Shown here piece after piece: positions 21,337-30,277 of a DNA stretch of 60,175 nt. Source of the stretch: a virus (Duplodnaviria > Caudoviricetes). Position numbers and translations under genes: made by a program. Each line of letters begins with the position of its first letter. Positions within the stretch are counted from its first letter, which is position 1. The stretch is from the IMG/VR virus record IMGVR_UViG_3300030433_002650, positions 1 to 60,175 of that record. One strand, written 5' to 3'. The notes beneath the pieces are model-generated. The model was not told the origin of the DNA and searched no databases. It worked only from the letters and a program-made list of their open reading frames with translations.

Positions 21337-21671
21337 CCAGTCATGTCCTCCAAAATCTCATTGGGTTTTGGAAGGACTTTTGCTATTTGGTCGCCTACGT
21401 ACCCCTTGAGGTCAAGCAACTCTTCGGGTGTAAGCACAGGATTTGTTTCAACAATCCAATGAGTGAAAGCGTATCTCCAGTAAGCCTGTAGGTCGAACTT
21501 TAGTGTACCATTGCCTTTGATTTGCATAAGTTGTCCAGTCGCCTCTTGTATGTCAAAGTAGGATATGTCCTTGACCCACACTTCCATGTAAACAGATGGG
21601 TCGTCCTTATCTACTGAAATGTCATACTTCGTCGGCTGTTTGTTCTTCAACAATAGGTTCTTGTTCTCCAT
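21312..21671 (-). CDS. Tail assembly chaperone (lambda gpG-like)
   Basis: Lies between tail tube and TMP and ends in a slippery sequence. The start is uncertain (21671 or 21701). Confidence 0.7.
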   Translation of the reverse strand: MENKNLLLKNKQPTKYDISVDKDDPSVYMEVWVKDISYFDIQEATGQLMQIKGNGTLKFDLQAYWRYAFTHWIVETNPVLTPEELLDLKGYVGDQIAKVLPKPNEILEDMTGNFTNVTE

Positions 21672-22164
21672 TAAGGTCTTCTTCATTCGTTTCCTCTCCA
21701 TTGGATGCGGCTACCTCTTCGGTAGGGGCTTCCGAATCACCGTCAAGGGCTACCTCTTCGGTAGGGCTATCGGGTTCTTCTTCGGGAATAATACCTTCAT
21801 CGTTCTGCTTTAATCGCAAAACTATCTCGGCTTTTGTACCGTATACGGGTAGACCTCGCTCTTTGCATAGGTCACGAAGTTCCGCTACGGTGAGTGAATC
21901 GTATTGTAGGTCGGTAGGGAATGGGTTTGCATCAGCAGGTGCAGGTGGTACTGGGTCACTCTTGACCTCTACTTCTTCAACGACCTCTTCTACAACTTCT
22001 TCTACAACCTCTTCAACAGGATTGAGTTGTTCAGTGACATAATTGTGAATAACGCAAATATCCAAACGAAGTTCGGTTGGGAGAGGCACTCCGTTCATCA
22101 TGCATACCCATTCAAGGTAACCTTGCATTCCGAGTCTTCGACATTGGTTTAACGATGTAATCAT
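21622..22164 (-). CDS. Acidic protein with SAP/HeH domain
   Basis: YDSLTVAELRDLCKERGLPVYGTKAEIVLRL is a SAP motif, flanked by E-rich low-complexity sequence. Confidence 0.75.
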   Translation of the reverse strand: MITSLNQCRRLGMQGYLEWVCMMNGVPLPTELRLDICVIHNYVTEQLNPVEEVVEEVVEEVVEEVEVKSDPVPPAPADANPFPTDLQYDSLTVAELRDLCKERGLPVYGTKAEIVLRLKQNDEGIIPEEEPDSPTEEVALDGDSEAPTEEVAASNGEETNEEDLNGEQEPIVEEQTADEV

Positions 22165-22173
22165 ACTTTCACC

Positions 22174-24078
22174 TCAATACTTCAAAATGGTGTCACGAGC
22201 AAGCACTTTGATGCTCTTTGGCATAATCTTGAGTGTACTCTTCATTGCACCTTTGTCTTCAGGGATTTGCATTGGTGCTTCGACAACGTAGTACTCATCA
22301 ATCAGAATAACAATTTTTTCTGTATGGTCTGCGGTAGTGCTACCTCGTGCTTGCTTTTCAAATTCAACAACAATTTGATTGGTTGTCGCACCTTCACTGT
22401 TTACGCTAAACGACGTACCTGCACGCATCTTGTGGTAAAAGATAGGGTCATCAACAACAATCTCCATAGTCATCTCATAGGATGTTTGACCTTCAACCAT
22501 AATCGAAGTATTACGACTACCCGCAAACGGCACAGCCGATTCAGCCGAATCCGTTGAAGTATGCGTGTTGTTGATGGTATGGAATCCTTGCATACCAGTT
22601 GAACCAGTAAGACTGAAACTCAATACTTGCGCTACAGTAATACCCGCAGTCGTGATTTGTCCATTGTAGAACATAAACGGTTTTTGTGTACCAATACCAA
22701 TACCTGATTTCAACCTATCAACAGCGTTGCTTGCTGTGTCATCAAACATACGATGAGGATTGTATCGACTCGTTGATGTACCGGGTGCTTCTAATCGCCC
22801 TACATCGGTATACGTTAAGGCTGAATTAAAATTGACAGACAATCGCAAAGCGGCATCGTTGTCAGTTGTGAGTGTAAAATCAGTAACTTTACAACCTCGA
22901 TAAATACGTGTCAATTCTTTTGAATCAGTCGATGTACCTACTGCTCCACTTCCTGAAAACGCAACATCACTTCGTCGTTGTGATACTTCAAGACAGAATG
23001 AAGGAACTTCGCTACGACCAAACAGAAGATGCGTTATTGAGTTGGTTATTGTTTGCGTTGATGCGCCAATAGCAGGGGCGTTTGTGCTCGGTAATGCACT
23101 GTTGTCGTATTCAAAACATTGCACATCTGAACCATTTGGATGTGTATACGAAAGCGGTTGGTCGAGATAAACCACATGGTCTACAGCAGAAGTACCAACA
23201 ATGCGACGAATTTCATACCCATTTGCTTTATCAAAATCCCTATCGGTAATCAAACCATCCCAAGTACTTTGAGTAGCAGCGTGGTCTGTTACAATATCAA
23301 CAACGGGTGAAGCATCACTAACCCCTGTATCTTTGAAAAGTATGTATCTTCCTTTGCTAAAATTTGTTGCCGAAGTCAATGTGACATGTGATTGCCCTGC
23401 GTGTGCCTTAGCCGCAAGTGTGTTTGTTGTACCCGATGTACCAATGTTACCAACAACTTCGTTACCCAAACAATACTTCAACCATCGGGCTGAATGAAGA
23501 TTGACTTCAAATGAACCACCTTCGGTAATGTACTTACCGGGTACTTGCACCGATGTATCTCGACCAAGCCCAACAACGTGGTATCGCTTCAAATCGACCT
23601 TTGTTTCAGGTAGTGCAATTGCGTTTGCAATGCCCAAAAATTGGTCGATAAATAGCGACTCACTTGGGTCGTCTGTATTTGTTGCTCTTGATACGGAAGC
23701 AGTGTCCAAAGGAGGAGTTTTGAAAGGCAAAATTTGCATTGTATCTCCCGCACCAAACGCTCCACTGTGTGCCATTTCAGGGCTTATTTTGAATGTTGTA
23801 CCATCGTTCTCAATGATTGTGAAAATCTTTCTGTCAGTAGCGTCACCAAGACCTGTAAATGTGACTTGAGAACCAACCAGTGCATTCTTTGGGTATTTTA
23901 ATTTATGAGCACCATTTTCAAAAATTTCGTCATTTAGTTCAGATGAAAATGTAAGTGTAGTGACACCACCACTGTTTGCGGCACTTATCGACACATCAGT
24001 ACCTTGACGAATAATCATGCCCGTTTCGGGGGCGAATAAGACTTCTGAAACATCTCCCTTGTAGACTGTCGATGGCAT
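22174..24078 (-). CDS. Major tail (tube) protein with inserted beta domains
   Basis: Lies between the tail terminator and the chaperones. Tube-like segments YHVVGLGRD...GGSFEVNL, RIYRGCKVTDFTL and YEMTMEIVVDD. Confidence 0.65.
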   Translation of the reverse strand: MPSTVYKGDVSEVLFAPETGMIIRQGTDVSISAANSGGVTTLTFSSELNDEIFENGAHKLKYPKNALVGSQVTFTGLGDATDRKIFTIIENDGTTFKISPEMAHSGAFGAGDTMQILPFKTPPLDTASVSRATNTDDPSESLFIDQFLGIANAIALPETKVDLKRYHVVGLGRDTSVQVPGKYITEGGSFEVNLHSARWLKYCLGNEVVGNIGTSGTTNTLAAKAHAGQSHVTLTSATNFSKGRYILFKDTGVSDASPVVDIVTDHAATQSTWDGLITDRDFDKANGYEIRRIVGTSAVDHVVYLDQPLSYTHPNGSDVQCFEYDNSALPSTNAPAIGASTQTITNSITHLLFGRSEVPSFCLEVSQRRSDVAFSGSGAVGTSTDSKELTRIYRGCKVTDFTLTTDNDAALRLSVNFNSALTYTDVGRLEAPGTSTSRYNPHRMFDDTASNAVDRLKSGIGIGTQKPFMFYNGQITTAGITVAQVLSFSLTGSTGMQGFHTINNTHTSTDSAESAVPFAGSRNTSIMVEGQTSYEMTMEIVVDDPIFYHKMRAGTSFSVNSEGATTNQIVVEFEKQARGSTTADHTEKIVILIDEYYVVEAPMQIPEDKGAMKSTLKIMPKSIKVLARDTILKY

Positions 24079-24088
24079 TTTTTATCAC

Positions 24089-24538
24089 CTATGGTATCAA
24101 TTCTGCGAGTATCACTACTTCTATCTGAAACGTCATACGAAATAGAATTTTGCTACGGTCACTTAGGTCGGTTCGTGTCTTGAATACTAACCGGTCAAAA
24201 TTCGTTCCATCCCCCTTTCGCTTACTGTGGACAAGTCTTCGTATCTCGTTCTCAAGCAGTTCCAAGTGTTTCCTACCCTTAACTGTTCTCATGTCTACGG
24301 TTATGTTTATACGTGTTGTAACAAAATCGTAGAACAGTTCAGGAGCCTCTTCGTTGTGCGCTGTTTCGTACAGTAGGACGTAATCGTGCTTCTGTAAATC
24401 AAGACGCTTGCCGTGTTCAGGAGAGGTATCAGTGATGTCCAAAACGACTGGTCGGTAGTTACCAGTATTGGCTCGATTCCAATCCGTCTTGAAGATGTCA
24501 AGCAGGGCTGTAAGACCTTCCTTCCATGTTGCAACCAT
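24089..24538 (-). CDS. Tail terminator/completion protein
   Basis: 149 aa, directly upstream of the tube gene. Alpha/beta pattern INITVDMRT...LENEIRRLV...FRMTFQIEV. Confidence 0.6.
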   Translation of the reverse strand: MVATWKEGLTALLDIFKTDWNRANTGNYRPVVLDITDTSPEHGKRLDLQKHDYVLLYETAHNEEAPELFYDFVTTRINITVDMRTVKGRKHLELLENEIRRLVHSKRKGDGTNFDRLVFKTRTDLSDRSKILFRMTFQIEVVILAELIP

Positions 24539-24542
24539 GCTA

Positions 24543-24965
24543 TCACCGCTTCTCCTTTAGGCGTAGGCCGTAGGTGTCGCCCATCGGGACTCGACGTACT
24601 TCGGCTTCTTCGATGGTGTCTTGGTAGGTTTTCAAGACAATTTCGCCATTGACGTAGCGCATTCCATTGTTTGCAAGTTCAGGGTGTATTCGTAGCATAC
24701 TCTCGTCCGTTGCTTTCTTTAGCCTATTTTCTTCGTCCTTGTTGAGAGGCAAGCCTTGCTGATTGATGATTTCACCATCTTTCATCATGAAACCAAGTGC
24801 AACGAGTTCGATGTTTTGCATACGTTGTCGCAGGTCAGGTGGACTATTGACAAGTTGCTCAATGAGGTTTCTTTGAAAATTAACATCTTTCAATATCAAA
24901 TCATTGGCTACTTCGTGGTATTTTTCGCCCTCTTTTGACCATTCACGAATAGGACTCTTCCTCAA
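24543..24965 (-). CDS. Hypothetical neck-region protein
   Basis: ORF translationally coupled within the neck operon; no recognised motif. Confidence 0.55.
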   Translation of the reverse strand: MRKSPIREWSKEGEKYHEVANDLILKDVNFQRNLIEQLVNSPPDLRQRMQNIELVALGFMMKDGEIINQQGLPLNKDEENRLKKATDESMLRIHPELANNGMRYVNGEIVLKTYQDTIEEAEVRRVPMGDTYGLRLKEKR

Positions 24966-26617
24966 TTGAACACCACCATTTCGATGTACTTTGGCAGGGT
25001 TCGGTCGATTTCAGATTGATACAATTGTATTTTACTGGTTAAATCAACGTTTTGAGTACCTTCAGGAATCAACACGCTGCGGTCATCAGCCATGAGCAAT
25101 TCGATAGCCACCATCTTCGTACAGATGTCTTCAATGGCTTTCTCCAAGTAACGTTCACCGCAAATGTACGCTACCTTGATGGCATTCCATTCAAAGAACG
25201 GATAGGAGTTGTTGAAGTAAACGATGCCTTGCTCGTGGTCAAGCCACCAGTCACGTAGACGTGCCATATCTCCACTGCTTGAACCACCCTGTAAATCGAC
25301 AATGAACTTGTGTTGAGAAAATTTTTCTGTGGTAAGAGGAGTGTACCAACCGCCTTCTGTTGCAGACTGCCAAGCAGTACCCGACCAACGCTCAATACCC
25401 AATAAAGAAGTAGATGTTTTCTTGGTATATCGGTAAATTTCATTGTCCTCATCCACTAGCACACCCGATTTGAGAAAGCCGTCTGTAGATGCGAAGGTGA
25501 TACCATAAAGACCGCTATCAACTACTTTACCAGTAATTGCTTTTTCAGTCTTGGTTGTTTGAGATATTTCAATATCACTTGAATCGGTAACAATGCTGCA
25601 TTCTTCCCCCGCTTTGACAGGACGCATTGAGGTAATTTTAACGACACCTGTTCCGTAGTCGCTGTTGGCCGAAGCCAAAAATTCATTGTGAACACCTACA
25701 TTGGAACTGGAACCTTCCAATTTGAAAGTAGAGTCCGTGGCCCCTACACGCTTGGTAAATTCTACGGCGGTTTTGCTCACCCTGTCCTCTTTGTTGATGA
25801 GGTCGGCTAAATTTTGCGCCGCAGTGGTCGCATCAAAATCTGCACGCCAATTATCGGTATTACTACCAACATCAAGGAAAGCAGTACCACCGTTGCCCAC
25901 GCCAAGCGCAATCGTCTTCCCAGTAAGATTTGAGGTGTCGTCCAATTTGATTCGTGCTTCAGCCCCTCCAATTTCACGATAATCATCTCCTTGCCACAAT
26001 TCAATGCGAAGTATTTGTTGAACATTACGAAACAAAAGGGGAGCAGTACCAACGTAATCCGTATAGTAACGTCGTCGGTATGGCTTGTAGGTATCGAAAT
26101 TAATGTACTCGGCACTCACCAAGTATGGTCGCCAAGAGTTGTGCGTTACGTTATCAATGCGGTCTTGCATCTTGAGGATAATATGGTCTACTTTGGCTTT
26201 GGTTACGCCTCGTGTTTTACCGTTGGTAAACGAGGCTTGATTCTGTACGTACCCGTTGTCGGCTACCTGATATTCCGATGCAGTAATGGGAGAAGTAGTG
26301 AACGTAATTTTGACATGACCAGTGCCCGCACTGTCACCACTTTCGCTTGCTCCTATGTCTGAAATCTCCAAGTCTTCTTTACCGAATGGGTCAGCATCGC
26401 TGTATAAGCGTACTTTATCTCCAATAGTAAATCCATGATTACGGAAGTCTGTACCAGTAATGTAAACAGCATTGGTATCAGCATCAGCCGACATCAAGAC
26501 TGCTTCTTGCGGTCCAATATCAAGGAGGTCAGCAACTTTTTGGGCGGTAGTATACACAGTAGCAGTCGGGTCGAGTGGCCTTGTTTCAGGTTCACCGGGT
26601 GAGAATACTACTGGCAT
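24962..26617 (-). CDS. Head-tail adaptor/neck protein with inserted domains
   Basis: YTTAQKVADLL ... MQDRIDN ... WWLDHEQGIVYF ... IKVAYICG ... IEDICTKMVAIELL matches the gp6/gp15-like adaptor layout. Confidence 0.6.
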   Translation of the reverse strand: MPVVFSPGEPETRPLDPTATVYTTAQKVADLLDIGPQEAVLMSADADTNAVYITGTDFRNHGFTIGDKVRLYSDADPFGKEDLEISDIGASESGDSAGTGHVKITFTTSPITASEYQVADNGYVQNQASFTNGKTRGVTKAKVDHIILKMQDRIDNVTHNSWRPYLVSAEYINFDTYKPYRRRYYTDYVGTAPLLFRNVQQILRIELWQGDDYREIGGAEARIKLDDTSNLTGKTIALGVGNGGTAFLDVGSNTDNWRADFDATTAAQNLADLINKEDRVSKTAVEFTKRVGATDSTFKLEGSSSNVGVHNEFLASANSDYGTGVVKITSMRPVKAGEECSIVTDSSDIEISQTTKTEKAITGKVVDSGLYGITFASTDGFLKSGVLVDEDNEIYRYTKKTSTSLLGIERWSGTAWQSATEGGWYTPLTTEKFSQHKFIVDLQGGSSSGDMARLRDWWLDHEQGIVYFNNSYPFFEWNAIKVAYICGERYLEKAIEDICTKMVAIELLMADDRSVLIPEGTQNVDLTSKIQLYQSEIDRTLPKYIEMVVFN

Positions 26618-26630
26618 ACATCAAACCCCC

Positions 26631-26813
26631 TCACTTCCCATAACAGAAATCACAGTTATCGCAAAAATTTGGGTCTTTATCCAATCTTTGACCGCTTGCA
26701 AGATATGCTTCTGCTTTTGGACAAATTTTGATGTTTTGATGTTCCAAATAACGACCTTCGCTATCGTACGGACCTTGATTTTTCAAAAACAACCATGCTT
26801 GATTAAACGCCAT
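26631..26813 (-). CDS. Small Cys-containing protein with AWxFLK leader
   Basis: MAFNQAWLFLK-NQ at the N-terminus, CDNCDFC at the C-terminus, GAGGGGAG SD. Confidence 0.6.
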   Translation of the reverse strand: MAFNQAWLFLKNQGPYDSEGRYLEHQNIKICPKAEAYLASGQRLDKDPNFCDNCDFCYGK

Positions 26814-26822
26814 TTTCTCCCC

Positions 26823-27533
26823 TCATCTAACTGGTGAACTACCTCGTCCTCCGCCTAAGAACCTCTTTAATTCATTTTCTTGAATGATACGCTCATTCAT
26901 TTCACGCTTAGAAGGACATGAACATCGGTATGGGTCACCGCAAAAATCACAAAATTCAGGTTCTTGCTCATTTTTCATCACCATCCAAGCATCACGGAAA
27001 CTGCTGATGTGGTGTACAGCCTTTCGAGCCATACGGTCCATAAGGTCGTCCTCGCTTTGTGGGCGGTCGTCTTCTTCCTCGTCTTCTTCCCTATCCATGA
27101 ATTGACTGGCAGGTTTTAGGTTGCCCTTTTCGTCAAGAATTTCAGAAAGTAGTTTGTCTTGTGCGGTTTGAGGTGAAGTATCACGATTTCTTTGAAGAAC
27201 TTCTTGTTCTTCAGGTGAGTTACCAAAATTAGCATCAATAGCCGCTTGCTCACCTGCTACATCAGGCTCACTAAGCGAACTTCCCAAAGTTTGCCCCTCA
27301 AAGGGTACTCTTTCGCCCATGAACTTGATGTTGTGGGCTTCAGGATTCATTACCATGTCCCTCATGAGTTTGTCACGCCCTTGTGTAAACATGTCACCAG
27401 TAGGGCTTTGACCGCTTTGACGCATTTGGTCAGCCATCATTCGGTTTGCAAGTTGTTGCAAGCGGAACTCTTTGTCGCCCTGCAACACCTTTTGTCGGTG
27501 TGGTGCTATTGCTTTAACAAATACTTTACCCAT
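26823..27533 (-). CDS. Hypothetical (putative internal head) protein with internal FRDAWMVMK motif and C-terminal Cys cluster
   Basis: Likely start MGKVFVK-AIAP. The C-terminal module CDFCGDPYRCSC follows the AWxxxK motif. Confidence 0.6.
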   Translation of the reverse strand: MGKVFVKAIAPHRQKVLQGDKEFRLQQLANRMMADQMRQSGQSPTGDMFTQGRDKLMRDMVMNPEAHNIKFMGERVPFEGQTLGSSLSEPDVAGEQAAIDANFGNSPEEQEVLQRNRDTSPQTAQDKLLSEILDEKGNLKPASQFMDREEDEEEDDRPQSEDDLMDRMARKAVHHISSFRDAWMVMKNEQEPEFCDFCGDPYRCSCPSKREMNERIIQENELKRFLGGGRGSSPVR

Positions 27534-27537
27534 TATA

Positions 27538-27828
27538 TCACGCTCGTTTTGTTTCATCTCGATGGCCTAAATTGTATTCCATAGGTTTGTCGCAAGCCCC
27601 GCAGGTTTCTCTCCACAGAAAGTGAAGAAAGCCGCAATGCGTGCAACGTGTCCCTGCTCCGATGTTAAGCACATCACCGATATGACGGTTACGGTTGCGT
27701 TGAGCACTCGTTACCCCTGCTAAGGGATGGTCTTTCTTATCGGCTACGTTACTTACGTCAAAGCGTACGCCTTCTTTACCAGCACGAGCCATGTCGCTTA
27801 GGTCAATGTTGCGTACCTCGAATCCCAC
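27538..27828 (-). CDS. Zinc-ribbon protein
   Basis: CTHCG...CGAC; GAGGTGA SD. Confidence 0.7.
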   Translation of the reverse strand: MGFEVRNIDLSDMARAGKEGVRFDVSNVADKKDHPLAGVTSAQRNRNRHIGDVLNIGAGTRCTHCGFLHFLWRETCGACDKPMEYNLGHRDETKRA

Positions 27829-27837
27829 CTACTCACC

Positions 27838-28041
27838 TCAAGCGAGTTGGTAGAGAACGACGATAAACGTGTTTCCAAGCACCGTAATGCATTCAGTGCC
27901 AAGCACTGCGTTGGTTGCACTTGCATCGTTTACCGCTTGGATAGCGGTGTCGATGGTCGTTTCCAACGTGCTCAAGTCACTAAATTCTTTTGGTGAAAGA
28001 GGTCCAATAATCTTTGAACCAACCTTGGTTAGTGATGCCAT
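27838..28041 (-). CDS. Small hypothetical virion protein
   Basis: GAGGTGA SD; lies in the capsid operon. Confidence 0.6.
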   Translation of the reverse strand: MASLTKVGSKIIGPLSPKEFSDLSTLETTIDTAIQAVNDASATNAVLGTECITVLGNTFIVVLYQLA

Positions 28042-28052
28042 GTGTCGTCACC

Positions 28053-28283
28053 TCAAGAGCGACGACCCATTGCTACAAATGTACATGCTCCACCAACGTT
28101 GAGTGTTGCATCGCTGATTCCCGATGTTGGGACTGGAGCCGCCGCACCGACATTGTTTACCATTGCGCCATCAATTGAAACGAGCAAATCGCTCAAATCA
28201 ATTGCTTCTGCACCATCGGTACTACCAGTGATTATTACTCGGTCGCCAAAAACGGTTGGTCGTGGGTCAATTGTTACTGCCAT
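28053..28283 (-). CDS. Small beta-rich virion protein (possible decoration protein)
   Basis: TAATG coupling to the upstream gene; A/G/T/V-rich. Confidence 0.55.
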   Translation of the reverse strand: MAVTIDPRPTVFGDRVIITGSTDGAEAIDLSDLLVSIDGAMVNNVGAAAPVPTSGISDATLNVGGACTFVAMGRRS

Positions 28284-28645
28284 TATTCTTCATCTCCTGT
28301 AATTTCTTCTGTTGCTTCCTCTTCCTCGGACGGGTTTAGATGTGCCTCAACGAGTTCAAGTGCCTTCGTTTTGGTCATGTACCCACTTGGTGTATCAACG
28401 TTTTGTTCATTCAACCATGCGAGTATATCCTTTCGACTCCATCCGGAGTCAGGAATGCCATCATTTCCACCGTCCACGGTTACCCCTTCATCACCTTCAA
28501 GTCGAAAGTGGCTCAACGGTAGCGAGTGTCGCCACTCATCAAGCCACTTTTGACTTACTTCAACAGTTTCACCACGAATCCAAGAACCTGCTCCATGTTG
28601 AGCACGCCTTTCGTAGTAAGGACCAAGGTAGGTCACCGTAGGCAT
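28283..28645 (-). CDS. Protein with C-terminal HeH/LEM-like motif
   Basis: WSRKDILAWLNEQNVDTPSGYMTKTKALELV. Start placed at MPTVTYLG behind GAGGT. Confidence 0.6.
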   Translation of the reverse strand: MPTVTYLGPYYERRAQHGAGSWIRGETVEVSQKWLDEWRHSLPLSHFRLEGDEGVTVDGGNDGIPDSGWSRKDILAWLNEQNVDTPSGYMTKTKALELVEAHLNPSEEEEATEEITGDEE

Positions 28646-28656
28646 AGGAAACAACC

Positions 28657-29130
28657 TCAAACGACGAGCAAAGTAAGTTGGCAATTTGCTGATACTGCGG
28701 CTGCACTTACAGTAACTACGAGGCCACTAAAGGTAGCCGAGAAGTAACCTGCTTCTGCACCAGCAACAGCACCAACAATACCGATAATCTTGGTAAGCGG
28801 TGTACCATCAGCAGTGTTATCGCCTGAAGATTCACCCTCCGATGCGAGTGTTAGTGTCGGTGTTGCGGTTGCATCATCAATGTCAAATTTGAGTGTGAGC
28901 ATTCGCATCGAGCCACCTGCTCGGTTTGTGCTGTCATCGTTGGTTGCGAGGAAACCATCGAGTTTACCGGGGTAGTCGCCCGATGCACCGTTAGCACCAT
29001 CCAACCATCGAGTTTCATCGACTGGTGAACCAGTACGCATGTCCAAGTCAAGAAGAACCGATACATCCGAGATGTCGGTTGCTTCGTATGCTACGCTAAT
29101 TCCTTTGTTGTAAATTTTTTCAACTGCCAT
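28657..29130 (-). CDS. Putative capsid decoration/minor capsid protein
   Basis: Immediately downstream of the MCP; acidic and beta-rich. Confidence 0.5.
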   Translation of the reverse strand: MAVEKIYNKGISVAYEATDISDVSVLLDLDMRTGSPVDETRWLDGANGASGDYPGKLDGFLATNDDSTNRAGGSMRMLTLKFDIDDATATPTLTLASEGESSGDNTADGTPLTKIIGIVGAVAGAEAGYFSATFSGLVVTVSAAAVSANCQLTLLVV

Positions 29131-29158
29131 TTTTCATCATCTCCGTAATTTTTTATCC

Positions 29159-30259
29159 TCACTTCAAATCCCGAATGGAACCGTGACCTCCAAAGAAAGT
29201 AGTCCAAAGTTCTCCCATTGTGCGGTACATACCTTCTTGTCCAAGACGGTTGATGGCGAATGGGTCGCCAGTTTCAATTCCGGACTCGAAATACTGCGTT
29301 GGGATTGCAGTGGAGAAGTAAAGGTAGTCAGTGTCGAGGAAGTACATACGACTTAGAACGTCAGGTTGTACATCCTTGGAAGGAATGATTGGGACACCGT
29401 TGTATGTAGCAACGATGAAACCTGCCTCAATACCGGGTACACCCTTTACACCATTGTAGGTAGGGGTGACACGCTTCTCTTCCATGAATCGCTGTTGCGA
29501 CTGGAGGAGTTGCTGTAGACGCATGAGTGTGTCGTATCCAGTAAGGATAACCTTCGGGTTACCACCACGAGTCCAAATCTTTTGGAAGAGGTCGTCAAGG
29601 TGGTCGAGGGAGAGCACACGGTCTGTACCACTGTTCTCGTTGTGTTCAGCGAGGGACCAAGAGTTTGCACTTCGGTCGATGCTGTACATGTCCTCGTTTG
29701 CGGAGGCTGATGCACCAGTGGTAACACGGTCGAGGGACTCGAAATCGTTCCCTGCAACAGTTCCCTTGTCAGCAGTCATCATCTTGTTGATGTGTTCAGC
29801 GTGGTGCTTACCCATCTCTTCCTTGAGGATTGCTCGAATGTCGCCAAGTCCATCGTCCTTGTCAGCAAGGAACATTGCGGTTTCGCTCATGTCGAATGTG
29901 TGGACAACCGTCTTTGGCTTGGCCGCAATGTGCTGGAAGGTAGGCTTGGTTGTGTCAGGTAGTGTAGCGTTTTCAGCAACACCGCCGCCCTTTGCGAAGG
30001 AAGGTCGTGCGGTGATGACTCGCCATCCACTGCGCTCCCAAGGTCGCTTTGGTAGGATGGAGAAAGCGTTGAACTCTTGGTTCAACTGGCTCCAAACCTT
30101 GCGTCCGTAGATTGCTTGGTATGTACCTGCGGTCGTAGACAGCATAGGTGCGTCAGCCTTGAGCAACTCGCTACCGGAGTAGGAGTAACCCATGGCGTTA
30201 CCTGCGCCGTAGTAATATCGTTCCATGTCTGTAATGCTTCGGATGTAATCTCTTGCCAT
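29159..30259 (-). CDS. Major capsid protein (HK97 fold)
   Basis: Downstream of protease/scaffold. GGGVAENATLP (E-loop), AAKPKTVVHTFDMSE, YNGVPIIPSKDV...MYFLDTDYL, YRTMGEL...HGSIRDLK. ELLK-ADAP is a candidate maturation site. Strong AGGAG SD. Confidence 0.9.
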   Translation of the reverse strand: MARDYIRSITDMERYYYGAGNAMGYSYSGSELLKADAPMLSTTAGTYQAIYGRKVWSQLNQEFNAFSILPKRPWERSGWRVITARPSFAKGGGVAENATLPDTTKPTFQHIAAKPKTVVHTFDMSETAMFLADKDDGLGDIRAILKEEMGKHHAEHINKMMTADKGTVAGNDFESLDRVTTGASASANEDMYSIDRSANSWSLAEHNENSGTDRVLSLDHLDDLFQKIWTRGGNPKVILTGYDTLMRLQQLLQSQQRFMEEKRVTPTYNGVKGVPGIEAGFIVATYNGVPIIPSKDVQPDVLSRMYFLDTDYLYFSTAIPTQYFESGIETGDPFAINRLGQEGMYRTMGELWTTFFGGHGSIRDLK

Positions 30260-30277
30260 ATTCTTCAACTCCTAATT

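Noticed and set aside
21970-22020. 12-nt tandem repeat (and the CCCTCA repeat at ~32396-32415)
   Set aside because: Simple coding low-complexity sequence (VEEV repeats; GEGEGEG), with no sign of a regulatory role.
22174-24078. Contractile tail sheath
   Set aside because: The size fits, but no separate tube gene follows it and the motifs look tube-like; treated as a tube protein with insertions.
29466-30110. 214-aa + strand ORF
   Set aside because: Antisense shadow of the major capsid gene, a product of its codon bias.
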